Source: Peribolospora baueri (taxonomy: Eukaryota). From it: 64,000 nt of DNA. Shown in pieces: positions 12,376 to 23,650 of this stretch. The stretch lies in the NCBI GenBank assembly GCA_029717555.1, contig JAMDHS010000061.1, forward strand, positions 62,001 through 126,000. The letters are read 5' to 3'. The notes under the pieces are model-generated. The model did not search any database, was not told the DNA's origin, and saw only the letters and a list, made by a program, of their open reading frames with translations. How positions within the stretch are numbered: the first letter of the stretch is position 1; every line of letters begins with the position of its first letter. The position numbers and the translations under genes are program-made.

Positions 12376-12531
12376 TGCACCGTTTTGGCAAGCAATTCAT
12401 CGACCAGTTGGTGGCAACGCTTTGAAAAGGGAGAGGGACGTTGCAGCTGGGAAACCGCCACGACTGCAGTCCCTCTCCCTCTTCAAAACGTGCGAACAAC
12501 TGGTCGATGAGTTGCTTGTCAAAACGGTGCA
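12376..12531. repeat. Long imperfect inverted repeat/hairpin (~156 nt)
   Basis: 35-bp outer stem 12376-12410 / 12497-12531 with 2 G:T mismatches, then TTTGAA/TTCAAA, AGGGAGAGGGAC/GTCCCTCTCCCT and TGCAG/CTGCA. Confidence 0.92.
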
Positions 12532-12775
12532 TGTGATACAGGAAGAGTATAGGGGACACCGACGGGGGATATCGATCACCAGGGGTGACAGGAAAGAGCG
12601 CTGGGAGCGATGAAATGATGGTTGTACGACGGGTGCAGGTGACGGGAAGAGCGCGCGACGCGCTAAGAATGTGTTGATACGGGTGCGACCCGGGTTCTGG
12701 TGAGGGGATGTGCCCCCGAAGCGTTCAGCTATGTGAAGATGATGGGGGTGGTTGTCTGTTCTTCTTCATCCGAGC

Positions 12776-13027
12776 AGGGGGGAGAGGGGCTGTATATATA
12801 TACACTGGAACAACCCTACTGCGGCAGTCCTGTGACAGCGAACGCTGTGGGATTCTTGTCCACTGGTTCGGTCATCTCCGCTTGTGTCCGCCGAGGGCCG
12901 AGCCCCTCGCGAGTATATAAGTAGCGCTCCGGGAGCGCCCCCTATGTAACAACCCAAGTGATCCTTCCTCACGTAAGCGTCCGGGACGACGTGAGCCCTC
13001 ATTTTTCGAAAGATGAGTTTATATTCA
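12776..13027 (+). mobile_element. Possible polypurine tract plus LTR remnant
   Basis: AGGGGGGAGAGGGG (12776-12789) lies just before TGTATATA (12791). There is an internal TATATAA near 12914, and a candidate end TATATTCA (13027) that is an imperfect inverted copy of the start. A gag-like relic follows. Confidence 0.3.
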
Positions 13028-13213
13028 GTGTCAGCCTCAGCAGCGACAAGAGTTTTATATTCAGCAGACATCAGGATCGGCCGATAGCCAACAGTACAGC
13101 ACGCCTCCGACCGGGTCGAGCAGGCATACAACAACGACGAAATGAACCGTCCTGGCAACAACGAGACTGACTCGATGGAGGATCCAGAGCCCGCGGCCTG
13201 CTGACACGATGGA

Positions 13214-13725
13214 GCTCCTGCCCCCTGTTGCCCACAGCCGTGGTGAGCGAGGCGATCGTGGCCTGGCTGGTCAACAGGAACTGCGCGAATGGGCATGATG
13301 ATGGCCCAGATGAACGCTTTCATGTCGACGATAACGCAACAACAGCAACAGGCTCAACACGAACTGCCTCTTCTCTCCTCTCAGGAACAGGCTCTTCGTC
13401 AGTAGAGCAGGCTCTACAGGCTCTACTAGTAGAGCAGGCAGTAGGGCAGTAGAGCAGGCAGTAGGGCAGTAGAGCAGGCAGTAGGGCAGGCAGTAGGGCA
13501 GTAGAGCAGGCAGTAGGGCAGTAGAGCAGGCAGTAGGGCAGTAGAGCCTGTAGAGCCTGCTCTACTGACGAAGAGCCTGTTCCTGAGAGGAGAGAAGAGG
13601 CAGTTCGTGTTGAGCCTGTTGCTGTTGTTGCGTTATCGTCGACATGAAAGCGTTCATCTGGGCCATCACCAGCCAGGCCACGATCGCCTCGCTCACCACG
13701 GCTGTGGGCAACAGGGGGCAGGAGC
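13214..13725. repeat. Perfect 186-bp inverted repeat with a 28-nt bulge in the left arm and a 112-bp minisatellite loop
   Basis: 13214-13271 plus 13300-13427 is the exact reverse complement of 13540-13725. Confidence 0.97.
13428..13539 (+). repeat. Tandem repeat (AGTAGAGCAGGCAGTAGGGC)x5 plus one 12-nt partial unit
   Basis: 3 units at 13428-13487, partial AGGCAGTAGGGC at 13488-13499, 2 units at 13500-13539. Confidence 0.97.
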
Positions 13726-14664
13726 GCGAGAAGCCTCGCCTGCGACGCTCATTCGGCCACATCCAGATCGAGCCCTTGGGTGGCTTGAAGAAGGAGGACG
13801 TGAACAGCTGGGCTCGAGTGCCTCGAGGACGCCCTCACCGCGTCTGGCCTGGACGAAGCGGCCTGGGTCCTGACGGCGATGGGGCGCCTCACATGGGAGG
13901 CCCGCCAGGGGTACCTGGCGATCAAGAGGGAGCTGAAGAGGGCGCCGGACTGGACGGGAGTTCAAGTTCAAGATGGTGGCAAGGTTTCAATACGCCCTTT
14001 CGCCAAAATCAGATCCAGGGAACGTCGAGGTCAAACCCAAGCCAACCAACCGACCAACCAACCAATTCTTTCCCCTGTTCTGTTTTGGTCCAGAAAAGAG
14101 ATACCGAATGGCGCCTCGCATCGATGCATGCATGTCCAACGTTGAAAGAATGAAGATTGATTTTTCAAGCGTGGTGAGGTTCAACCGGTATGAAGGAGCA
14201 AATGAAGCAAGGCAGCTAGGAAGCTAGGACCGTTTTGTTCCTCCTCGCTTCCTATCTCCCGATCGATCGATCGGTCCAGTCTAGTCGAGTCGAGTCGAGT
14301 CGACGACGACGACGACGATTCCTCAGCCAGGCAAAAAAACCTTTATCCCATGCATGCATGCGTGCGGGCGTGAAGGTAGGCAGGACGTCAACTGCGTGCG
14401 ATCCGCACCGCACGTTCGATCCGATCGATTGGAGTAGATCGGAGAGGAAGGAAGGAAAAGAGGAAAGGAAAATGCCATTGCACAATACAAGACAAGCGAG
14501 ACACAATACAGAGCAAAACAAGGTTTAGACAGAATAAGACGAGAGCGGCGGCAAGCTAGGTGGGCGAGGTGGTACACAAGCAAGTGAGTGAGAAAGAAAG
14601 GGGGAAAAGGCGAGGAGAGAAAGTAAGAAAACGGGAACGGGCAAACGACTCCGGGCCGGGCGGC

Positions 14665-17080
14665 TCATGACTCGAGCAAGCCGTGGAAGGCATACAACGG
14701 CGGGAGCGGCTCGAGCTTCTGGCGGAAGAACCACTTGCGGATGTGCCAGATGGTGTTCTTGATCTGGTACGAGGCGTGTGTGGCCGTGGGAACCGAAAAG
14801 ACCAGGTCGAGCTCTTCGAGCGTTAGCGCCTTGGTTTCGGGGAGGACGAGGAGGATGGCCACCCATCCGATCATACACCATGCCGCGTACCAGCCGAATG
14901 CGCCCTGCGGATGGAAGGCGTTCAGGAGGGGCGGCCAGGATATGGAGAGGACAAAGTTGAAGAGCCAGGTTACGGCGGTGGCGTAGGACATGCCGACCTC
15001 GCGGATGTACAGCGGGAACGCTTCGGCGGAGTAAGTGAATGGCACGGGCCCTTCGCCGGGGGAGTAAAAAACCTCGAAGAGGTAGATGCCCAAGGCGACG
15101 ACGGCGATCTGCTTGTTCGTGTCCTGGATCCAGAAGCCGAAGCCGGTGATGAGCAGGCAGCCGGCCATGCAAGGAAAGGTGACGAGGAGCAGGTTGCGCC
15201 GGCCAAAGGTGTCGATGGTGAGAAGACCGGGAATGGCAAAGATCCAGTTGACCAGGCCGGTGCCCATGGTGAGCAGGATGGCTTGCTTCGGCGGACGCTT
15301 GGCGGCCACGAAGATCTGCGAGCTGTAGTAGGCGATCACGTTGACGCCGCAGAACTGCAAGCCGGACGAGCAGGCGATTGTCAGCGGCGGGTTCGAGGGG
15401 GTCAAGTGAGAGGGACGCTTACCTGCTGCATGAACATGACGAGGCCGGCAGCCTGGGTGGCGCGACGGACGCGAGGCACGGTGAAGAGCTCCTTGAAGAG
15501 GTTGCGTCCCCTCGTGACAGACTCCTCGGCCTCGATGAGGACGTCTGTCGAAGACGGCAAGCAAGGCAAGGCAAGAACGTAGACCGCTCAATGAGCCGGG
15601 AGCCGCGCTTCGTAGGACCGGATCGGACTCACTCATGTAGTACAGGTCGCGCGCGGCCTGGAGTCTGCTGAACCGGAGGCGGCACATGGCTTCCCACGCC
15701 TTGGCGTAACGGCCCTTTTTGATGTACCAACGCGGGGACTCGGGACCGACGTAGATCATGGCGCAGACGAATATGGGGGCGACGACGGTGGAACCGAGCA
15801 TGCTGGAGATAAGACGAAGGAGAACGAAAGTGCAAGGTCAGCGTTCGGACATGACTCGACGGTCCGGCTCAAGGGACAAAACTGACAGCCTCCAAGCCAC
15901 GTCAGGGGTGATGTCGACGAATATGACGGAGACAATGTCGCCGAGGGCGATTCCGAAGGCGGTCCACATCTGCCACTGCATCACGAGGGCGCCTCGAATG
16001 GGGGCGGGGGCGCACTCGGCGGTGTAGACGGGAGAGGTGGCGGACTTTGGGCCGATTCCGACGCCGAGGAGGAGACGGGCGAGGAAGAGCTGGACCCAGG
16101 AGTAGGTGAACGCCTCCCAGATGGAGGCGGCGCCGGCGATGAAGCAGGAGAAGAAGATGGTGCCGCGACGGCCCCAGATGCGGTTCAGAGGGTCGGTCAT
16201 CCAGCAAGCGAAGACGGCACAGCAGAGGTAAGGAGCGGAGTTGACGAGGCCCTGGATGTTGGGCTTGTCTGCGATGCCGAACCGGTCGTAGTAGAAGATT
16301 TGAGCGCCGTCTGCGGGGCGTCAGGTATTGATAGGAGGTGAGTGCGGTGTGGCCTTGGAGAGAACACTGTGGACTCACTGACGACGGCCTCGTCCATGCC
16401 CTGGACGACGGCGGCCAAAGAGGAGATGACGGCGATGTAGTACTGTGCGAGAAGCGAGAACGGTGAGCCATCTGACCGAGTGCTCGGATAGGAAGGAGGC
16501 TCACCATCTGCCAAGGCTGACGCCACTTGTGCGTCTTCTCCTCGGTGAGGATGCGCCTCTCCTCCTCGGTGATGTTGGGCACGGCGTCAAAGTTCTTGGG
16601 GTCCGAGGCGAGGATGGCACCGCGGCGAAAGTTCTCGACTGTGGGGCGATAGGGACGGAGGCAGGAAGGAAATTGTCCGATAGGATCCGATCGGCGCGTT
16701 GGCGTCGCATCGTCTGGACGCAGGAGGATTCACTCACCTTCGTTCTCCAAGCCGTGCTTGGCGCAAAAGGCGTCAGCTTCGGCGATGATCTCCTCGCGGG
16801 TCTTACCGAGGAGGGGGTTGTCGAGTTTCTGAGAAAGCTTTTGCTGTGGGTAGGGAAGTAAGCGGCAAGTACATCGTCAGTCAATCTTGCGTTTCTGGAC
16901 ACGCGGGGAAGAGGAGGGACGGACCAGGGCATGGACGTCGCGGGCGTCGACGTCGACGTCCTCGACGTCTTTGATTCTGTTCTCTGACGCGCGCTCCTTG
17001 TGCTCGAGGTGGGCGTTGTTGTTGTCCTTGGGCGGCGAGGAGGCGCCGCTGGCCTTTTCGTCGACGTTGACGTTGGCCAT
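14665..17080 (-). CDS. MFS sugar-porter family transporter, paralog B, about 7 introns
   Basis: Same motif set as paralog A (QGMDEAVVNGAQ, GIGPKSATSPVYTAECAP, PESPRWY, QFCGVNVIAYYS, PETKALTLEELD) and an identical C-terminus RQKLEPLPPLYAFHGLLES. Confidence 0.93.
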
Positions 17081-18372
17081 GGTGATCTAAGAAGCAGCTT
17101 GCGCTGGACGGTCTAGAGGGCGGGGAGGGAGGTGGATGGTGGACGATGGCGGTGCGGAGAGGGGGACAACGAGGAGGAGGGCGGGGTGGAGAGACGTATA
17201 TATATATATATAGGTGGGGTGTGTGAGGGCGGGGAAGGCGAGGCGAGGCGAGATGAGTTGAGCCGAGCCAGCGTTCGTCCATGCGCTCCTCCTCCTCCTT
17301 GTCCTCGTCCACGTCCACACCGAGGTCGAGACATAACTACTCGTCGGTCGTATCCTTACTTGGCCCTGCTCGCTTGGGCCCACTCTCAGTTCTCGATACG
17401 AGGGGAAGAAGAAACAAGCCCGCTGTATGTATTTTGTACCTACAGTCACCAACCAGCCACGCTTCCATCCATCCTCCATGGAACCTGACCTCACCTGACC
17501 AGCCCTGACCAGCCCCCGATCGTCTTCGTGTCCGTCTTCGAGCCCTGCCCGCCCGCTCCGCCTCGCTTCCGCCTTCTGCCCTTCTTTCTTTCTTTCTTTC
17601 CTTCCATCCTTCCTCTCGACAGTGAGCCGTGACGAGTGCGCCGGCCGGGAGAGGGACGATCTACGTCGGCGTCTAAGAACAGCACAGCCTAGCACAGCAT
17701 ATCATATCATAGCACAGTATAGCATAGCACAGCTCAGCACGACACAGCATAGCACAGCACAGCACGGCGTCCTACACGTGGAAGTAAGGCAAAGGGACGG
17801 CGAGGGTGCGACGCATAAACGAGGGCACGCGACGGGATGAGAGGAGTGGAGTGGGCCGAGGGAGAGGACGTATGGCAAGGAAGAAGGAAAGGGCCAGCGA
17901 CGTCCATCCGTCATCCATCGCCCATCTATCCATCATCCATCCATCTACATCCATCCATATCCATGAGCGACCACATGAACGACGACCACGACCACGAGCC
18001 AACCCCACACGCGTCATCGTGACGCAGGTCCACTCGCGCGCGATCAGCTTCCGCGAACGAACTGCGAGTCAGTTAGTCAGTCAGTCAGTCAGTCAATCAG
18101 TCAGTCAGTCAGTCGACTCTTACGAACCCACCGACGATAACGACCATCGAGCGAACGACTCGGTCGGGTTGGTTGGACGATGCGGCCATGCAGGCGGAAA
18201 CATACGTCGAGCATGCGTGCATCATCCTTTCTTCTAGCCTATGCGCACCAGACGCCGTATTCGCGTCGAGGTTGTACAAGCGCCAGTCCTATCTAGTCCA
18301 GTCCAGTCCAGTCCAACCTCAGGCCCGCTCTCCTTCCAGCCCTTAGTCCTTACTGCCCCGCATCGCATCCGA

Positions 18373-21163
18373 TCAAATCCGCGCACCCCCCGCCCCCGCC
18401 GTCTTCCGAACCGCCTCCAAAGCCTCGTCCACAACCTTGGCCAACCCGAGCGTCTCCTCCTCCCTCCCTCTCCTCCCCACGCACTGCAGCCCGATCGGTG
18501 CGTTTGCATATGCCGTACACGGTACCCTGGGGCGGCCCTTTCCTTCTGATAGATCGTTTCCTTCCGAGCGATCGACGTCGGCGGCGGCTGGGCAGTAGCG
18601 GTGGAAGATTGCCTCGTCTGCTGAGGAGAGAAAGGTGCTTGGACGAGTCGTCGGAGCCCGGTCGAGCGTGGTGGGCGAGCAGTGCAGACCGGTTGGGAAG
18701 ACGACGGAAGGGTAGCTGGATTGCCAACGGAGGAGCGCCGATCAGGAACGTGACAAAAAACTAAAGCCAGTGCAGTGCGTCTGATGACTCACTCGAGTAG
18801 GTTGAATATCGACGTGTATGGCACGTAGCTGCGATCGGAACCGAGTCACCGCTACAGATGTCAGCATCTCCACTCGCAATCCCTCCCACGTCGACTCACG
18901 TATGGCCGCCATGCGGAGGAGCAACATAGGGCGCCACGGGACAGATGATCCCGTCTACCGGTCTGCCCGTTGAAGTCTGTCCTGCGCTCGCGTTCCAGTG
19001 GTCCAAGTAGGCCTTTTGAAACGCGACTTTTTGTTTGTTGATCTGGATGTTCCCGGAAGCAAGACACGCCGCGCCGTCAGCAGACCGCTTCCACTTGTCG
19101 TATTTTGTTTTGGCCCGTCTTCTCACCTGCCAAGATTCATACACCGTCATCGTGTCCTTCTCCTTACCGACGTCGCCAGGAAGCACGGGCTCGCCACTTG
19201 CAGCACACGTCGAACGGATGTCCTGCCCACCATCACTACACAGTTCGTCGGGATCATGCCATGCGCATGTTTGAGCCGAGTCCCTTCAGTGACGATATGC
19301 AGCAAACGAATAACTTACGCCCTGAATATCTTGCTCTGATAGGAGAAACATCGTGCAGAGACCGATTGATTGAGACGGGGCCACGCGAAAAGAAAATTCA
19401 AAAGCCCGTTTCCTACTCACGATAATCCGTCCACCTTCGCGATGGTTGAGCGGCTGCCAATCGATGACTGCGAGGAGATGGGTGGGGCGAGAAGCGACGT
19501 TGAGTTGCAATATCGCATGTCGCGACCGAACCACGATCAGCTCGCGCTCGCTCTCGCTCGCCCGCGCTCACCTTCGTGCCCCGCCGCCTCTAGCGCCTTC
19601 TTCGTATACTCCATCCCCCGCCTCACCGGCGCATGGCACCTCACCACTCCGTCGTCCCACATGAACCCAAAGCAAAGCCGACCACCTCCTCGACGACCGT
19701 CGCCTCCCAACAGTCCCGCGAGGTTGTAAGCCCCTTCGTCCCATCCCTTTTCCATCACCACCGGATCGTCAAGCCACGGTTTTTCGGAGAGGACGGCTTT
19801 CATGAAGGCTACCAGGCCGCCGTGGGATAGACTGAGCGGTCCGAGAACCGAGGCGGTCGATTCTTGACCTGCCGAGGGGAGCGAACAGAGGGGCGGATGA
19901 GCATCCAGAGGCAAATACATTCCCATTCCCATTGGATTGACCCCGCCCACCTTCCATCGAATTGGCCGCGCCAAAGTAAGGAATCCGATGCGCTGACGGC
20001 CGGAAGCCCCACGTCCCGCTAAAGGCGGACGGTATGCGAACGGAGCCTATAGGCCAGACGAGAAGAAAGCTCAGTAACTTATTTCATATCGACGACGAAA
20101 ACTGCAGCTGCGGACGCCCCCACCTCCAATGTCCGTACCCACGCCCAGCGGACTGCCTCCCGCACCGACCAGCGCTCCTTCACCGCCGCTACTCCCACCA
20201 GGCGTGAGCGACCGGTTATGAGGGTTGGTGGTGAGACCAAAGATGTTGTTTTCCGTCTCGCCCCGCATCAGATTTTGCGGCACGTTTGCTGATCGAAGGA
20301 GACAATGGCATTCAGTGAGAGGCGCTCGGAGGAAGGAAGGGACAACGACGGAAGAGGCTCACTCTTGCAGAACGGCACCGCGCCAGCACGCTCGAGGACG
20401 TCGACCAGAACCGAAGATTGAGTCGAGATATGACCGATCCAAGCGACGTAGCCTGAAAGCAGCAAGATGGGATGGGATGGGATGGGATGGGATGGGATGG
20501 GATGGGATGGGATGGGATGGGATGGGATGGGATGGGATGGGATGAGAAGGGATGAGATGAGATGAGGTATGGCTGCCGGGCGTAGACAATAAGAGACATG
20601 GGAGCCGCACTCACCCATCGTACAGTCAACGCCGCCTATCTTGAGCTCTGTCAAAGCCAGAGAGGATGAGGGCGGAACCGGTGTGAGCGCAAGGTAGGCC
20701 GATAACACCAATTTCAACTACACCCACGATCCTTCAAGCTGATAGGCAGCCCATGCAGTGACCCGACCACCTTGCCCGTCTTCTCCCTGTACTCGTCCAA
20801 CTTGCTCGCCTGCTCGAGCGCCCTGGCAAAAAACACCTCGGCGAAACAGTTGGTCAGTTGATGGACGGCGACGGCACGCTTGATGAACGCTTCCGTGACC
20901 TCTTGCGCCTTGAGCTGCCCCGAAGCGAGCTTTGAGAGAAGCGTTTCGACGGGGAGGGAGGTGATGATCTGCTGGGCAGGGCTCAGGGTGGGCAACGAAC
21001 GGAGAAAGGGCAGGACCGAGTCGGTGGGCGAGGAGGGCAGGAGTGATTCTGGGACGAGATAGGACGACGGGATTTGCGCGTCCCTAGCCGCTCGCTTCTC
21101 CGCTGCGACCTCTGCCCAGGGACGGGCGGGCGGCGATTGGGTGGGTGCGGACTGGGAGGCCAT
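18373..21163 (-). CDS. Amidase-signature family enzyme (general amidase/acetamidase-like), multi-exon
   Basis: LHGLPISLKD, TTNPHNRSLTPGGSSGGEGAL, GTDIGG|SVRIPSAFSG, YTSIFNLLD|YPSVVFP and APIGLQCVGRRGREEETL. ATG at 21163, TGA at 18373-18375. Confidence 0.92.
20466..20540 (+). repeat. Microsatellite (GATGG)15 inside an amidase intron
   Basis: Directly visible perfect pentamer array. Confidence 0.97.
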
Positions 21164-21528
21164 GACGATGATGTTGAAGGGAACGAGGAGAACGAGATAA
21201 GGGCACCGAGTCACCCCCGCCTTCTGAAGTTATATATATACGATAAGACGGCGCCAACGCCCCTCCCGCACGTTACCTCCCCAAGGCAGCAGGCATGCAA
21301 GCCGGACCGAGGCCTGAGCCTGGAAACAGACCCCAGACGCAGCTGCCAAGAGCGAGGGGCGCTTATCAGCCGAGCCGAACAGCCGAGCCGAGCCGAGCAG
21401 CCGGGCCGGTGATCGTGGTGGTTTTGCGTGCCTGATCAGAACTTAACAATAGACCGCGCACGAGCTCACTGGTGCGGACATCCGCGACCTGGATAGAATG
21501 GTACCTGGTGGGACAAGGGCGTCCAGCG

Positions 21529-22988
21529 ATGGTCGTCGCCCAGCCGCTCGCTAGCGAGACGCTCAGGTTTGTGGAGGCGCCGATGGTGAGTCTCGCATCT
21601 ATCTAGCCGTGTCACCACAACAGTCTGGCCCGCCGCGTCGTGGCCCAGAAAGGGCACAGGAGTGGTTTGCTCTGGGCTGACCAGCCTCGGTTCGTCTCAT
21701 GAATGTCCGCTCAGGTCAACCAGTCTGACTTGCCCTTCCGCCTCCTCACCACCACACACGGCGCCACGTGCACATACACGCAAATGTATGTCGCCGCGAC
21801 GCTGCTCTCGTCTCAAGACGCCCTCGAAGCCGTCCTCCGAACGCTTCACTTCGATCGTGCCGCCCCGGAGCGGAACGGCGCGCCGACGGTCGTCCAGCTG
21901 GGAGGCAACGATCCGAGGCAGATGCTCGAGGCGGCGAGAAAAGTGCAGGGCTGGTGCGACGCCGTAGACGTCAACCTCGGGTGCCCGCAGAGGCACGCCA
22001 GGGAAGGCGGATACGGGGCGTACTTGTTGGGCAAGAGGGATTGGCCGCGCGTGGAGGACATCGGTGAGTCTCGAAAACCGTCCTATCATGGGTTGGACCA
22101 CCGGCCAGCGCTCGTAATCCATGCCAGGCTCTTCCGTCACGGTCGCCGACGGGCGTTCCCGTATGGATGCGGTCTCCGTGGCTCACCCACGCTTGGTTCT
22201 TAGTATCCACGCTCGCCCATAATCTCGACGTCCCCGTACATGCCAAGCTCCGTCTCTGCACGCCTCCAGAGCTCACGCCACTCCTCGCCCGTCGTCTCGC
22301 CCTCGCCGGCTCGTCCGTGGTAGCCCTGCACGCCCGCTTCCCTTCGGCCACTCGCCGCCGAAGGGGCGCGGCGGAGCTGGGGCGTGTGAGGGAAGTGAAG
22401 GAAGCGATGCAGGTCGATGGACTGGGGGAGGGGACGAGGGTGCTGAGCAACGGCAACGTGAGGGCGTGGGAGGACGTGGTGAGGAACGCAGAGGATACCG
22501 GAGCTGATGGCGTCATGGTCGGAGAAGCTCTCCTGGACGACCCAAGGTGCGAGGAGGATTTGTTCGTCACTGCCAGCTCTCTCACGCCGCGCTGGTGTTG
22601 GCCAATGCTAACCGCCTGTTACGGGCTCTCCACACGTCTTATCTCGACCAGTCTGTTCTCCCGCTCCCTCCACCATGGTCGCTCGCCGCCGCCTCGGCCT
22701 CCGAGCGCCACCGACCACTCTCTGTCCTACCTCCGCCAGTGCGAGAAATACCCGGCCTGCGCCTCTCTCTCGACGGTCAAGGCGCACGTCGTACACTTCT
22801 TCGAGCACGAGATGTCCAAAGGCGCCGAGTTGGCGCGACTGGTGAAGCGCGTGGAGAAGTGCGAGGCAGAGGAAGATGTGGCGGAGGTGGTGAGGGAGCT
22901 CAGAAGGGCCGGGCGGCGATTGCAGGACGGCGGCTGGGAGGAGGAGGAAAACGAGGAAGAGAGGGATGTGCGAGCCGGAGATGGATGA
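21529..22988 (+). CDS. tRNA-dihydrouridine synthase, Dus1-like
   Basis: Spliced RFVEAPM|VNQSDLPFRLL, YTQM, VVQLGGNDP, DAVDVNLGCPQRHAREGGYGAYLL, VHAKLR, LHAR, LSNGNV and GADGVMVGEALLDDP. Confidence 0.9.
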
Positions 22989-23650
22989 GTACCATCGAGG
23001 AGCTTTCCTGACCGTGGACGATGGACGGCGCCTGGATTGCAGTCGACGACAGCTCTGACATGAACGAGGCGCCACAGGCGGAGGGAGAGACAGGGAATCG
23101 CGCACGCCATCCCCCATTCGTAAGGCGAGACGGACAGATGTTCAGGCATTGTCTCTGCACGCAAACGAGCGGAAATGTGTTTGAAAGAAACGACGGCGGC
23201 GATGATAACGGGAAAGGGTGCAAGACAGAGTCGAGAGAGGGTCGACCTGTTACGGCCGGAACGATCGGCACCAAACAGATCGACCGTCGGCGGTGGGAGA
23301 GGTTGTGGCCCGGGATAAGACGCCATCGCAAGACCTGGAGTTATAATAATAAGACTGATATAGCTGAGATGATGGTCCGCTTGTCGTTCTTTCCTCACAC
23401 ATGGTCTCTGATGACCGGCTCCAGACTCGCACAGAGAGCACGCATCGCTTCGTCGCGTTCGTTTATAAGCGGAACCCTCGCCCGTCCTTTCCTCCGCCTC
23501 CCATCTCCACCTCGAGCCGTGTCCACAACTTCCAACTCGACATCTCACCTCACCGTCTCGCACACCTCGTCCCGCCTATCGTTCCCCGCACATAACCCCA
23601 CCCTCGCTTCGACGGCCGCCTCTCCCTCTCTCCCCCTCCACATCCGCGCC

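Larger units (their letters stand above)
13175..14030 (+). mobile_element. Degenerate LTR-retrotransposon gag fragment (Ty3/gypsy retrotransposon-gag-like), rearranged
   Basis: Correcting two +1 frameshifts (G runs near 13810 and 13957) gives IEPLGGLKKEDVNSWLECLEDALTASGLDEAAWVLTAMGRLTWEARQGYLAIKRELKRAPDWTEFKFKMVARF, a typical capsid pattern (W-L..E / W-V..A...L...A-R / W.E-F-K..M..R-F). Confidence 0.7.

Noticed and set aside
13428..13539. Repeat array as a CRISPR array
   Set aside because: The units are directly adjacent with no unique spacers, the context is eukaryotic and there are no cas genes.
22547..22651. 35-aa insertion in the Dus protein suggested by the continuous ORF
   Set aside because: It is a 105-nt stop-free GT-AG intron; removing it gives DDPSLF, in line with the family pattern.
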